A stretch of 64,000 nt of DNA from Dipteris shenzhenensis. Lineage: Eukaryota. Below are positions 14,393 through 27,841 of the stretch, piece after piece. The stretch lies in NCBI GenBank assembly GCA_047967505.1, contig CM106538.1. The stretch is one strand, 5' to 3'. A program made the translations under genes and the position numbers. Each line of letters begins with the position of its first letter. Positions within the stretch are counted from its first letter, which is position 1. The notes below the pieces were generated by a model. That model ran no database searches and was not told where the DNA came from. It worked only from the letters and a program-made list of their open reading frames with translations.

Positions 14393-16039
14393 AAAAAATT
14401 TATTTCAATTACAAGGTGCTCGTATCGTCCCATGCATACGAGGAGTTCTGGGTCAAAATTATAAGAAAGTCCTACCTACAATAGCACTATGAGGTGCTCA
14501 TATTGTCCCCTGCATACAAGGCACTAGGTCAAAAGTGTAAAAAAGTGCTAACAAGGGCAAAAAGTGACACCCAATCCTGCCACACTGGTGGTGTTGACAA
14601 GTGCTAAAAGTTTTTAAAGAAGCATCACAAAGACAAAGTGCTAGCATCTTTGTACATAATCTATTTTGTTAAATGTTTGCTTCGGATGTAATTTATTTTG
14701 TTTTAATTTTGATTTAATACTATTATCACAAAAACTATTGGATGTGATTTCTTTTGTTTCAATTTTAATGTAATACGATTATTGCCAAAACTATTGTTGC
14801 TATTACTTCGGTAGTGAAAGTGGCTCTAAAGAAGAACAAATGACATCTTTCTGCCCTCATTTACATTTTACTACAACCATAGGGATCGTTGCATAAGAAA
14901 TTGTTGAAAAAACTATTGTTACTGTAGTGAAAATGGCTCCAATAACTAGCATGGTGTTGCAAGGAAACTATACTAAATTGCAAATGTCTACATTTTCCTT
15001 AGCTTAGAACTAAAATAGCTCCAAGAACGTGTGTGGTTGTTGAGAAATTATTGCACAAGGAGTAATACGACTAAGACATCTCCAAAATAACACTAGTTTC
15101 CTTGGTTTAGAATTAAAATAGCTCCAACATTTAGCATGGTGGTTGCGGATATGGACCTTGAGAAATCCCGTTAAAGATTGACATGCCACAATGGTCTTCA
15201 TGCCAATGTGGTGGTCTCTCGATGCCAACATCATTGCTTGAACCAGCACGGTGGTCAATGTAGCAAAAGATTATGTTGCATAGCGATAGATGGCGAAGCT
15301 GCGCAATGACAGGTGGCAAGGCAAAAGTTTTGTCCTATAGTCAGCAGGCCAACGTGGTTGTGCTCAAACTAGCACGATGGTCAGTGCAGTAAAAGATTGT
15401 GTTGCATAGTGACAGATGGCGAAGTTGTGTAAGGAAACATGGCAAGGCAAAAGCTGTGTGATGTAGTCAGAGAGCAATTGTCTCTGTGCTCATGAGTAAA
15501 TGCATATAGTGCCATATGTCGAGCTCTACACTATTGACCATGAAAAGATTGCATCTCATTATCACGCCAGTGCGCATTCATGACGTCAGGAAAATTTTCA
15601 GCAAGAGCGTGGGTCTATGCAAAATTCAAATATTCACCTAGAAGCGCATCGCATCGTGGCCCCAAAATGGCCCCAAAAATAGTTCTGCGATTGGCTACAC
15701 CCAAGCAAACGTTGACCCCAACAAAGCCCAAAAAATAAGTCGATGGCTTTTCATGTGAGAATGTTTTGGCCTAGAAGAACTTATATTTTGGATATTTGAG
15801 ACTATTACCAGATTAATTCCTTCATGCTCATACATGGACTGTCCCTTCTAGAGTTAACTATCTTCCATAAGGACTATTCACACCTAAACTTAGGTCTTTT
15901 TTGGAGTTCTCTTTGTTACCAACCATGTACACAACATATACACATATGTCCTGCCATATGTACATGGAGGATGACAATATTAATGTACTTCAATATACCC
16001 ATCATTGAATGGTCTCTATATTGCATAGGATAAGCAATT

Positions 16040-17000
16040 TTTCAACTTTTCAAATCACTAGGAAAGGCACTCAAGTCTGCCACTTTGTCCTCAAATAGTG
16101 AAGTGGCTAGATAGTTCCTTCTTTCACATGATGTTAAAGAAAGTGTGCTTTGATTGCTCATGGTATTAGGGTTATTTTCTAATGAAAAACACGATGATTG
16201 TCACAAAATATCACTATAGCACCTTTTTGGACTGCACCAAGATCCTCCAAGAGCCTCTAAAGGCAAAATGGTTTTGCATTCACATTGGGCAAGAGATATG
16301 TTTTCAAGCTCTATTGTAGACAATGTCACAGTGACTTGCTTTGTACAAGACCAAGATGCACACCAAAAATTTAGCATGAGTGTGATCCTAAAATAGACTT
16401 GTGGTTGGTGTCACCTTCCTAATTTGCACCACGAATCTCGTTAACTTGTAGTTCTACATATGGGCTCTCTTTCAAATAGTTGGTTATCCTACAAAAGTAC
16501 TATCCAAATATCCACGTTAGTCCATTGTAATGGTGGACACACAAATTTGCCATAAACTAGATAATAAGTCCTACAACTTATGAAATATTAGGCCATATCA
16601 TCTATTTGTGGAGATTAACCTTAATGCCCTTGATTAGCTTATTGTTTCTACCCATTATGTTGAGGTCATCCACTAGAGTGCAATGATTAAGGGAGAACGT
16701 GGATTTCTCTTCTCATAAACTCCATACAATTTTTCATCTATGACATTGTCAACCATTTGATTGCCTATGGGATGTTCCCCATTCCACTAACTACTCTAAC
16801 TCATGCTAGGTAGCATTTTGGCATCAAATATTCCACATTCTATATATGTCCACAAGTTTGCATGTATGGACATTGTCAACCACTTGTTTGTCCACTCTTC
16901 AATTTGATTGTTCATAACCATGATGGCAAGTATTTTGTTTTATGCTCTCATCAAGCACCACATCACAAGAAGTAAACATTTTGTGACAATGAAAGATTGT
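16040..17000 (-). pseudogene. Heavily decayed Ty1/copia RT-RNase H remnant
   Basis: The minus strand gives L(Y)VDDLNIMG near 16650-16685, RLLEDLGAVQKGAIVIFCDN near 16195-16260 and EDKVAD near 16075-16095, with many stops and frameshifts. Confidence 0.7.
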
Positions 17001-17039
17001 ATACATTGTAAGATTTATGTTTCTTTATATACCCGATTG

Positions 17040-17560
17040 CCAAGATGCACATCTCACACTTGGAAGTGAAGTTACTTCTCTTCTCATTTAACACATGAGC
17101 ATCTTGGTAGTTGATTCAAAGACCTTGAGATGCATCTCTGATAGCATGCTAAATTGAATGCACAAATTATAGATACACACATAGTGTGAAGAGATAGGAA
17201 AGAGACTAGCCTATGAGCTATATGAATGTACACTCCACTCTACTATAACACAAAGAGAATATGTGCTATGCACTAATGTGGTTTTCCCTAATTCCATAAG
17301 GATTATTCATAGGTTAATTTACCTCCCTTTTCATTTGACACATGAGAATCTTGGTAGTTGATTTGAAGACCGTGAATGGATGCCATGATACCATGTTAAG
17401 CTGCATGCTCATAGATTCTACACACACTGTGAAGAGATAGGGAAGATACACTAGCCTTCCAGCTATGCAAATGTACACTCTTTTCTCTAACAAAAAAAGA
17501 CAATATGTGATATGCACTAATGTGGTATTCCCTATTTCCATAAGGATTATTCACACATAA
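17040..17560. repeat. Diverged ~250-bp tandem duplication
   Basis: ACACATGAG.ATCTTGGTAGTTGATT ... ATGCACTAATGTGG...CCATAAGGATTATTCA occurs twice. Confidence 0.75.
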
Positions 17561-17804
17561 ACTTAGGTTTTTTCTAGCATTCTCTAACTTCAATAACCAT
17601 CTACCACACATATACATCATATAGACATATGTCCCACGTATATATGACCATTCCAATGACCCATACTTCAATAGACTCATTGATGGAAATATGTACTTGG
17701 TGCTTGTTACCTGAAGGAAAATTAAAATGAGAAATTTCAATCATCTAGCTAGTGTTGAGAAGATGAGAAGGATTTGACAAACTAGCTAGCTTATTGAATA
17801 CTTG

Positions 17805-18003
17805 CTAGATTGGATAGTTGGATCGAGGGAGTTGGATCCAAGGAGTAGGAAAAGAAAACAAAACATGAGAATATGTGTAGATTGGATAGTTGGATCTAGG
17901 GAGTTGGATCCAAGGAGTAGGCAAAGAAAACAAAACATGAGAATATGTGTAGGAAGTAAGAACTAGCTAGTTGGATCCAAGGAGTAAGCAAAGAAAACAA
18001 ACA
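17805..18003. repeat. ~73-bp tandem duplication plus a partial third copy
   Basis: TAGATTGGATAGTTGGATC..GGGAGTTGGATCCAAGGAGTAGG.AAAGAAAACAAAACATGAGAATATGTG is repeated. Confidence 0.85.
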
Positions 18004-19699
18004 TTACACATAAAAAAACTCAGTGCATAAAGGGGACATGCATAATTTTGAGTGATGGAGATAGTTACCAATGAGTTGCAGCTCGCCTAGGGACTTAGGT
18101 AGTTGAGTCTGAGAAACATCCCTGCATCTTATTTTGAGGACATAAATTGCACATATCATTCCAAAAGAGTGGCAAATGGGAACTACCCCTAAAGGAATAG
18201 GTTGTTTGTAAACCAAACTTAAGGATTGGGGTTCTCCCAATTAGGGTTGTCTATGTATAACATTATAACCCTTATTATATCTGTTAAGAGAAGCAAGAAG
18301 AGAAGTGTATACTTTGTATAGAGACCCGAGGCTTGTGGTGGCTACCCGCTTCTCTTCTCCTCTCCTACCACTCCTCTCCTTTGATACTCCTACTCTTTGC
18401 AGATCTCTTTTTTTTTGCCTCGGCACTTGAAATCCATGTAGTTTTGAAGCTTTTTTGTCCTCTCCTAAGCCCTAGAGTGTTGTCCAACCACCACCACTTC
18501 AAATTCATGCTATCTTTGTGCCTCACCACCATTAGCTCCTTAATACACTCTCACTTGATAGAAGATTTGTCTTGGACAAAATTTGAGAACATAAAAACTC
18601 AATAGCCCACATAGATAGTGCCAAATGTGGCCATGGATTGAAACATGCAACCCAACCTTGCACAAAATACAACCCTCAAGACGTGTGCTACTACATAGGT
18701 AGCATAATTACAAATAGTGCGAGTAGTGTAGCAGTACCTAAGAGCATGGATAGATGCGAATGATGTATGGACACATAGTAGAGAAAAAACATGCAAGCAA
18801 TACTAGACATACATAGCACAATCATAAACAGACTATACACATGGATCGATAGCACTGCAATAGTGTTAATAATGAACTAATGCAATTGGTTGATAGGTGT
18901 CACATGCAGCCCAAGAGAGCGCATAGCCACATCACTATAGATAGAATGCACACAAAAATTGATGTGTGTAGAGACACATGGTTTAAACACACATACAATG
19001 CAGACACTATAGTAGACATAGCCATGTAAGAAGACTTGCAATCCATGTCATTATTTCACTAAACATTTGGTAGTTCTACACAGTCACTTTTTCATAGTCT
19101 AATGCCACTTTTTCACCTTGTCACTACACAATTACTCACAATGACACCTTATCATTCCCATGCATAGCACAACTACACATGATCTATAGTAACCTCATAT
19201 GATCACATGCACAATGCACTTTATTTGTCCATTTCCAATTATAATTGTTGAAAAGTGTGCTTAATTTCTTTATTCTTCATGGATAGAACTAATGTTGAAC
19301 CCTTAGGTCAGTCTAGTGACCAAAAATAAAAGCTGATTAATAGTTAAAGTCAATTCAAGTAAGTTGCTACCGATACCTTAAAGTTGAGGTGGCAATCAGT
19401 ACCCATATCAATATGCTTCTCAAAAATAAAATTTCCTAACCTAGTTCATTATGATTTTAGCACATTTGGTTTCCATGTCAATTTGAACTAAAAACATTCC
19501 AAAATTCAAACGATCATACCTTCTTGCCATTTTATTAGAATGAAACATCTTTGTACTAGATTCAAAAGTAGAACTTTCACTCGATATTGTATCATTTTTA
19601 AGGCTATTTCAGCCATTTTTTGGTAAAAGAAAGTTACTTTTCGAAGAGTTACAATTTTCTTGATAACATATCAAAGCATGATGACATTATCTCCCTTGA

Positions 19700-20271
19700 T
19701 CATAGTATAGCAGATTGGAAGATAGAAATTTTGGCATTTGAAATTTGGTTTAAAGAAACTTACAACTACACAATCTAAAACCGATGCCGATGATTGGGTA
19801 GAATGGGATGAGAAAGATGAAATCATACCTACCATTGAAGACAAAAACAACCCAATCATGAATGCAATGCCTTGAAAAAGAAAATTGTTACAAAACAATT
19901 GTCAAGAGTTCCCTTAGTTGAGAATAAATTGAACATTGCAAAGTGAGAATCATTCAAAAAAAGTCCAGATATTACTAAGGCTAAAGGATTTAGCAAACCA
20001 ATTGGATGCAATTGATCACAAAGCTAACAATGCAAGATTGGTGTGAATTGCCTCAAATGGATTAGGAAAATAATATGAATAATTTGTAATTGCCATGGTT
20101 ACTAAGAAAATCCCCTTACCTTTAAGATAACTGATATGGAACAGATCCAGAGAGGAGGATCCAATAAAAAAAAAGGTCATGAACAAGTCTTTATAGCTAG
20201 AGGCCATGGTTTCCATAGAGAGAAGTGCCCATTTCAAGCCTAGAGAGAGGCAAACCATATGCCAAAGGCGA
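19700..20271 (+). pseudogene. Decayed copia gag (UBN2-like) remnant interrupted by the CACTA insertion
   Basis: KDLANQLDAIDHK..RLV*IASNGLGK*YE*FVIAM at ~19985-20100 resembles the gag of the complete copia in this window (KKIADALASIG...LNGLGKDY). Confidence 0.6.
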
Positions 20272-20274
20272 TAG

Positions 20275-23200
20275 CACTACTACACATGGGCCTTATTCCG
20301 ACGGTTAAGCATCAATGTTTGGCACGCACGGCACTAATCATCAGTAAGCAAAGTAGTTTTTAAAAGTGTCGCTATAAAAAGGACGTTGCTATATAGCGAC
20401 ATTTGCCAGACTTGTAAAAGGTCATTATAGAGCAACTCTGAGACAGTTTCCTATAGCGACGTTTTACAGAGAGTGTTTTTCCCCATACCGACATTTAAAG
20501 AGAGTTTTTTCCAATGATAATTTTTTTTTTCTTTTCATACATGTTTGATCTTTTGAAAGAATAAAAGTACAAGAGCATGTACATCAAGTTTGAAGTTCAT
20601 ATATTCATGTCCAAGTTTGAGATGAAAAAAAATCAATGAACAGCATTTACATCAACGGCTTCATTTTAAGTCAAGTCTAGCATGCCAAACAAGTCTATCT
20701 CCAACTCTATACTGAGTTGATCTCCTATATCATCATCGCACTCTGCATTGTACGTTCACCTAAGACTTGATCATCTTCTTCAATAAATTCGGGTGATTCT
20801 TGATGATTGTCATCTTCTTCCTCAATATCATGATCTCCATCTTCCTCCTGTACGATGTCATTATGCACATCTTACTCTTGGCTCATATTGTGATCTTCAT
20901 CTTCCATTTGGATCAATTGGCATCTCCAAATCCACATCTCTATCTTCAAAAATTTGCTTACTTTGTGGTGCAACTTGGATCACGTACCACCATCTTGGAT
21001 CAGAATAATCCGGATGAAAAACCACTTATATTGAAGATGGGTGCCAAATGCCATCAATTATATAAAATTATGCTTAAGTACATGTACCAATTGATCTTTA
21101 AAAATAAAAGCTTTGATTAATTAAATGATTAGTATGCAGTGTGCACCTGCTCACAATGCTCGGGAAGAAAAAAGTATCACTTTCATTAGTCTAAAGTTTG
21201 GTGGAGTCTATTGCAAAGAAACCACTACTGTCTTTCCTCACTGTCGGATGGGGACCGTTGTAAATAGTTCTAAACCATTTTACATCAAGAATGAAAATAC
21301 CAAATCGTCTGAAATCAATTTCATAAATTTCGCATATGGTCCCACAATAATCCAACTGCGAGGAGAGAAGATTGGTATCCAAAGCACTTGCTTGGCTATC
21401 TTGTGTGAAGTTAGCCATGACGCCACAATCATACGTGACTCTCATTGAATCGATGCACTCCATGCGAAAATGTCATCCATATGACCATAATGCACTATTC
21501 TTTTTATACTGCAAAAGCGCATCATTAAAGCAATGAGGATGCATATATTTTATAGCGTATCATTGCCACAAATAATTACTTAATTACGTCAAGAGGTAAG
21601 AAACTTACATGCATCAAACATCCAGATGATAACTCTCACTCGCACCCGTTTATTGTCTCTCCATCACATTCGGATTTACGTAGAGCTAGTTATAGCCAAT
21701 CAAGTGACATGTGCATGGGGAGAAGGGCAAGATCCCATGGATATGGTTGTGATCGCCTGTACAGTACTCTGAATCTCCTCCTGGTATTTATTCTTTCTGC
21801 TTTGGCCGCTTCATATCTCTCAATCCACTTCTCCATCTCCTTGCTATTGAGGATACAAAACTTATTGAATTTCTCCATTTGCTCTTCGCTCATCTTTCTT
21901 TCAATCCATTTTCCTTGGGGAACCTTGCCAACGGTGCGATCATCATCCTTGTTATGCTAAGTCTATGGCATATTGAGATCCATGGATGCAAGAAACTCCG
22001 TGATATATACTAATGACTCTTGCACAAGCCATCCCTCTGCCATGCTTGCTTCCGGTCTTGCTCTTTGCTTTACAAATCCCTTCAAAGCTTTCAAAAACCA
22101 CTCGAGAAAAAACATCCAGCGACTATGAATGGTACTTGCAATGGCCACCTCATCAACTATGTGCACAAGCAAGTGCACTTGAGTTGTCATAATGCTCGAG
22201 GGAAAGTGCTTCTCAAGCAAGCATACGGCTTCGATGGAGTCCACCCTAGCCTTCTCAATGATTTATATGGAGATCTCTTTTTGAGATATCCACCTATTTC
22301 ATGTGCCCATGTAAGATATATTCATAATCAGTCTACAGATTATTCAACTTAAATTGAAGAAAATGCAATCAATGCGAGTTGAATATAGTAAGCATACCTC
22401 ACAATACCACTGATCTTGAATATATAATTTCTAACATCTTCTTGTAATAACCCTTTCATTGTAATTGGAAGGATGAACTACCAAGCAACAAAGAAGTCAT
22501 GTCAATAATATAACATAATCATAATTATACTAACGCATCACGATTATTGGTACACTAATCCTACAGCTTAGAATACCTGTAAGACCTTATGCCAATCATG
22601 GGACCTGAGCCCACTAAGCTTATTGTACTTTGAAAATGCTCCTTTTAAGCAACACATGTACCTTGTTGGTGTTCAAAAAGAGGCAATGTCTGCCTTGACC
22701 ACTACCTCCTCTCTCTTAAAGAGAATCCATGTTGCTTTTGGGAGGACAACGTTACACGCACGCACTTGGGGCCACAAACGAGGCATCCTATTCATAGCGC
22801 GAAAGTCTTCTCGCACTCCTCTCGAGTCTTTGGAACCAACCAAGTATGCCCAAATAGTATCCCCCACATTCTTAAGATATGCATGGAATCCAAGAGATGA
22901 TTGATTTGTAACTGATGCCAATAAGGAAGCTCGTGAAAGATGGATAGCCTCCTCATATCAAGAGCAGGCTCCTCTCCATTTGCCCTCTAAGCCTAAATCC
23001 AATCACTTGTCTTCAAATATGGTGGTGGTGGAACAAGCTGGCCTCCACGCGCGAGATGGTCTAGCGGAAGGTATCAAGCATGACCTTCATAAACATTTTT
23101 TCTCATATGTTTGGAGTATCATGCAAGCGGTTTCAAACCCAGCCCACAAACAAGACAAGCATGGTACCCACTTGTGTAACAAGTCCTACAAGCATGCATG

Positions 23201-23500
23201 AATGTGTTAGTATAAGACATGCACGAAAGAGAGTCATAAAAGCATTAAAAAAACATTAGTGGGGCAAAATAGGGCTTGCTGTGGCCCTGTTTAGCCCCAC
23301 TAATGTTTTTTTATAGTTTTGTTAAGGGTTGCTATATAGCGACGTTTACTAGAGTCACTATATAGTGACACTTATATAGCGACATGTCTTTTTTGACGCT
23401 AATAGCGACATAAATACCGACCTTTGCGCCTATCAAAAAAAACTTTTTAGTGTAAAAAAGGTTGGTGTTTCCATCGAAAAACGGCATGTCCCTTGTAATG
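20275..23500 (-). mobile_element. CACTA (En/Spm) DNA transposon, internally deleted derivative
   Basis: Left end CACTAC at 20275 and right end TGTAATG at 23500 (one mismatch to TGTAGTG). A 3-bp TSD TAG lies at 20272-20274 and 23501-23503. Subterminal GCTATATAGCGAC/GTCGCTATA repeats occur at 20368-20495 and 23330-23420, and Tnp2 fragments lie inside. Confidence 0.88.
21150..22930 (-). pseudogene. CACTA transposase C-terminal part (DUF4218 and DUF4216-like), spliced, with stops and frameshifts
   Basis: GLRSHDWHKVLQ then a GT donor (~22576), exon FILPITMKGLL, then LEKHFPSS..QVHLLVH..RWMFFLE..LKGFVKQRARPEASMAEGW (21963-22244) and DYCGTICEIYEIDF..LDVKWF (21191-21463). Confidence 0.88.
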
Positions 23501-23850
23501 TAGTTAGCCATCAACCTTAGAGTTCCACAATAGTTCTCAAACAATCAATATAATTTCAATTAAGGATTTATTAATTAATGGAACAAACAAAGTATGCTAA
23601 AAAATGCATGGAATAAATGTGAAAGTGGCTTGGAATTAGTAATGCAAGAGAACAACCAATTCAACAGTACCTTTAGCAATATGAACATTAGTGCCAATGC
23701 ACTAACAAGGTCAAGAAATTGAAACTATTACAAAATCCCTAGACATTGGGAATCAAAATGCCATAAAAAGCAAATTAGAGATTAGTCTCATTGCCCTAGG
23801 TCCAAACAATCAAGCAATTATACTCAATATAATGATCAACCTTGAATTCA

Positions 23851-24065
23851 TGTGATATATAGGGTTTACATATAGTGGTTCGCTCGAGTTAAAGGTCAGG
23901 GTTGTCCTAGTTAGGGTTGTCTATATAACATTGTCTATTAAGAGAAGTGGGAAAACAAGAAGAGAAGGGACCCATACTTTGTAAAGACATAAAGATCTTG
24001 TGATTTGTAGTGGCTATCTCCTTCTATTCTCCTCTCCTCTCACACTCATACCACTTCTCTCAACA
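23851..24065 (+). mobile_element. Possible degenerate solo LTR, related to the segment at ~18240-18390
   Basis: TGT...AACA ends, and TTAGGGTTGTCTAT..TAACATT, AAGAAGAGAAG and ATACTTTGTA shared with 18241-18390. The flanks ATTCA and ACTTA are not an exact TSD. Confidence 0.4.
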
Positions 24066-25729
24066 ACTTATAGCTAATTGTAGGATGTGCTCGTTGCTAT
24101 GCCAAGGTGCAACATGTTAATTGGTCTTTATCTTTTGGTTTTGCCATGCATGTAGCCTTCAAAGTTATGAGCTGGCTAAGACATGAAATCCATGTAGGGG
24201 TAAAAATTATGCATGTGTTTATGCCATGTGCTGGCCTTTTAGAGATCATGATACAAACAAGGTCAAACAAGATCATGGACCAAAATTTAGGGCCCATTAT
24301 GTTGCTCTTGATCTTGACGGAGTCACAATCTATAAATCTTATATGTCACTATTTTCTAACTCCCTTATATATGAATATTGTAAGATTAAAGGCACCTTTT
24401 TTCTATACAAATTCATAGTTTTATTTAAAATGGTTTTTATGATACTCCTCTATGTTTTTGCTAAAAGCCCGATTTAAAAATGTCCTTCTATTGAATGCGC
24501 ATGATAGTCATGTAAACCCATTCGAGATGCTGCCTAAAATGATTGGAAATTTTAGCAAAGAGATTGAGAAGCAACAATAATTGGCTTCTAGAAAGACCTT
24601 ACTATGGAAGTTTTGACACTAAGACCAGGCATGCTCCCTAAAAATTGACGTTGTCTTGGTGTGATCTCAAAATGGTTCCATGCTTCGCAATGGCCAAGCC
24701 CATATTATCCTTGAAAATACAATTCAAACATTATTTTAGGTCCTATTTTATATATTTGAAAAGTTGCAACCCCCATCCCCCCAAGCCAAAGTCTATATGA
24801 CTTTAATTTTGCCAACCCTTGTCTCTGCCAAGTGAAGGCCATTTAATAATATGAGAACTGATCCTCCCCTTTTAGTATTGAAACCTTTTCATGAGGTACA
24901 ATCATTAGCATGATTTAATACTTGTTTTTAATAAAACTAAAGGACTTGATTTTGGTAGAATGTACCACTTTAAGCTAGCATGACTTCATATAAGTTGTTT
25001 TTAATAAAACTAAAGGACTCAATTTTCAATTATGATGATGCTAGCTTAAAGTGGTAGAATGTACCATTAATGGAGTTCATGCTTGTAACACAACTAGATC
25101 AAGGGTAGTTTTTGAAAAGCATTCAATGACAAAATGTAATCCTTCCATAGCTTACAAGACAAAGTATTCAATCTATATAAAGGTATCATCTCTTATCAAA
25201 TGATAAAGATATAAGCCAAAAATTGTATAAGCCCTATCTCTCCGATCTAGTACATGCATTAAAACCATGACTAGAGATCTCACCTATGTTGGGTTAGCTT
25301 GGACCCTTCCCACAAATTCGTATGATGTGAAATCTCACCTTTGTTGGGTTAGCTTTGACCCTTCCTATATCTTATAAACAATTAAATAAAGTCCCGAGGG
25401 AGAAAGGTACATTGAGAAAGAAATGACATAAATCATTGCTCACATAATCCTAGGTACGAGGTGAGGTGGATTGCAAAAAATTCCATTTTTGAATTTCTAT
25501 TCTATATTTGCTGGAAGTCGTGGAAATTTTGATATAAAAGATCTATGATTGGAAGTTCTTTAAACAGGTTGCCAAGGAAATGAAATGTAAACGTAGTGAA
25601 AATTAATTCCGTGATGGGAATGAGTTTTCTAACATTTCATGGAAGCTTTAAGTTTTCATGAAATGAATAAACATAGTGAAAGATGTGTAATGTGAATGAG
25701 TTTTCTAACATCTCATGAAAGCTTTAAGG

Positions 25730-26623
25730 CACACGTTCAAGTGCTCTGTCTGTTGTGCAGTGGTACTATGAAAACAGTTTCTCAACCAATTTGAAGTGTC
25801 CACTGTCGGTTCCACCACGTTGTGTTTAGTTAGCAGATGATCTATTGTTTGAATATATATTTGCAACTTTGCATTCAATAATGATCAGATGATTGGACTT
25901 ACATTTTCAGAGAAAGATTGCACGTCGACGTTAACGTTGGGAACCGCGGATCAACGTGTTTGCGTGAAAACTGGATCAAAGTCTCAAAAGAGGAGCCGAG
26001 CCAGCCACGGCCCACGAACATTACGCGGGGACGCCGGTGATGAGAGTTTTTAACTGCCTTCTTCAAATCTTGAATCTCAAATCTCGATGCCACAGTGCAA
26101 TTGTTTACATTTCCAGAGGAGTTTAAAATTAAAAATTATGCCTCTAAAACGCTACCTAATTGCTACACAATTACGCATTACCGTTGCGTTTTATAATCAG
26201 ATTACAACATTGTGTGCTATGCTGTAATGGAGGCGGTTGAGTTGTGTGAAGTCTTGAGAGGGTGACTATGCCAGTGTGATTAATTTATGGTCTCAGGCGC
26301 GGGGGTAGGCAGATCATTGACATCGCGCAGAAAGGCATGCCATTCCCGAAGTTGTTTACGTAGAAGCGGCAAGAGCCGCAAGACCACGATCATACGTGGG
26401 GTTTTCAAATTAGATGGGTTGTCAAAGAAATCCATTGATCCTTGTTTTGTGATAGCATAAGATAGCACCAAGCAGAGCCGCAAGTCTTCAGACATTCCTA
26501 TAGAAAGGAAGTGTTTTCCTGTCCCAAATTGCGTGTTGCCATACTGGGTGGTTCCTGTTTAACACCGCGTCAGCCACAAGGCGCTGTCTAACATGATCAA
26601 TTGGATCGTAGGTAGTGGTAGTC
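25730..26623 (+). promoter_or_regulatory. Probable promoter/5' leader of the MYB gene, CpG-retaining, with clustered ACGT cores
   Basis: CpG is visibly more frequent than in the flanking TE debris. ACGT cores occur at ~25733, 25817, 25922, 25928, 25935 and 25954. The TSS was not determined. Confidence 0.4.
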
Positions 26624-27841
26624 ATGAGAGCTCTTTGGTCACCCGAAGAGGATGAGAAGCTGCTGAAGGCCCTAGGCGAGCCGCAAATCCATCAAACTTG
26701 GAGCGATATAGCTAGTAAAGCGGGTAAGAGGATGCTTGCTAAATTTATCTTATAATAGCTGGTTGCTTTCGAAATGGCTTACAGTTGTGAGGCTGAGCAG
26801 GTCTGCGACGATGCGGAAAGAGCTGTAGGAGACGTTGGATGAACCACTTGAGACCAAGCATAAAGCGCGGAAAATTCTCGATGGAAGAAGCGATGCTTAT
26901 ATGTGAGCTGCAAAAGCTCTATGGAAACAGGTATTGTCACTGATCAAGAGTGTAGCTGCTGTGGTTCAATATGATGAGAGACGATCTTCGGTAAGACAAT
27001 GGTACATTAATTCCACTACTGGCTGACGACAGTCGTTCTTCGATCAATGAATACTTAGTCTAGATCCCTTGTTCTTGCTGACAACAGATGGACCAAGATA
27101 GCTGCGCATCTGGGAGGGAGAACAGACAACGATGTAAAGAACACGTGGCACATTTTCATGAGGAAGAGGCAACCGACCCAAAATCAAGAACAGCCGGCCA
27201 CCATAATTAGCACTGAGAAAACAGAATCAGGAACGCGTGAAACTCCAGGCGCCGCGATTGCGAAAGAAGCTGATCAGCATGGCAGCACAGGGACGTCGAA
27301 GCCTTTCGTTTGCCATTCGAAGATTCCCGCGCTGCGACCTGTGTTCACTTCGTTCTTTGCTGCTGAGGAGGGCACGTCTGGAGATCACTTGCTGATGTCG
27401 GAGCTGCACACCCCGAATATTTCGCAGGAGGCTCAAGCAATAAACTCAGCCTGCAATCAAGCTGTCTCAATGGAGTCGACGGAATGGGCGATGTGGATCG
27501 ATCGAATAACCGATGGAATCACAGTAGCAAGCCGCAACGATTCATCAGCGAAGCAGGTGCAGCAGATTACAGCACCGGCAAGCGAGGCGTTCTGCAGCAG
27601 CAGCATCGATACTATTAATGTCTGCGCGCATGACTCCAAAGAAAAGAGTATTGGAAGTAGGATGGTGGCAACCACAGGCATGCATGTCGAACAATATTCT
27701 GCAGCTGAAGCAGCAAACAATAATCCGATTAACGATTCGTGGATGATGATGCAGGAAGGGAACGAAGCAATCAAGCTCCCACCGATTCATGAAGGCTGGA
27801 ATGAACTTCTGGGCTACTTTCAGCTGCAAGACCATATATGA
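26624..27841 (+). CDS. R2R3-MYB transcription factor, 327 aa; exons 26624-26723, 26801-26930, 27088-27841
   Basis: Spliced translation [104 protein letters not shown] continues in frame into ORF 27158-27841. GT-AG introns of 77 and 157 nt sit at the canonical plant R2R3-MYB positions, around the typical 130-bp exon 2. Confidence 0.96.

Noticed and set aside
27158-27841. Stand-alone 227-aa ORF
   Set aside because: It is the distal part of exon 3 of the spliced MYB gene, not a separate gene.
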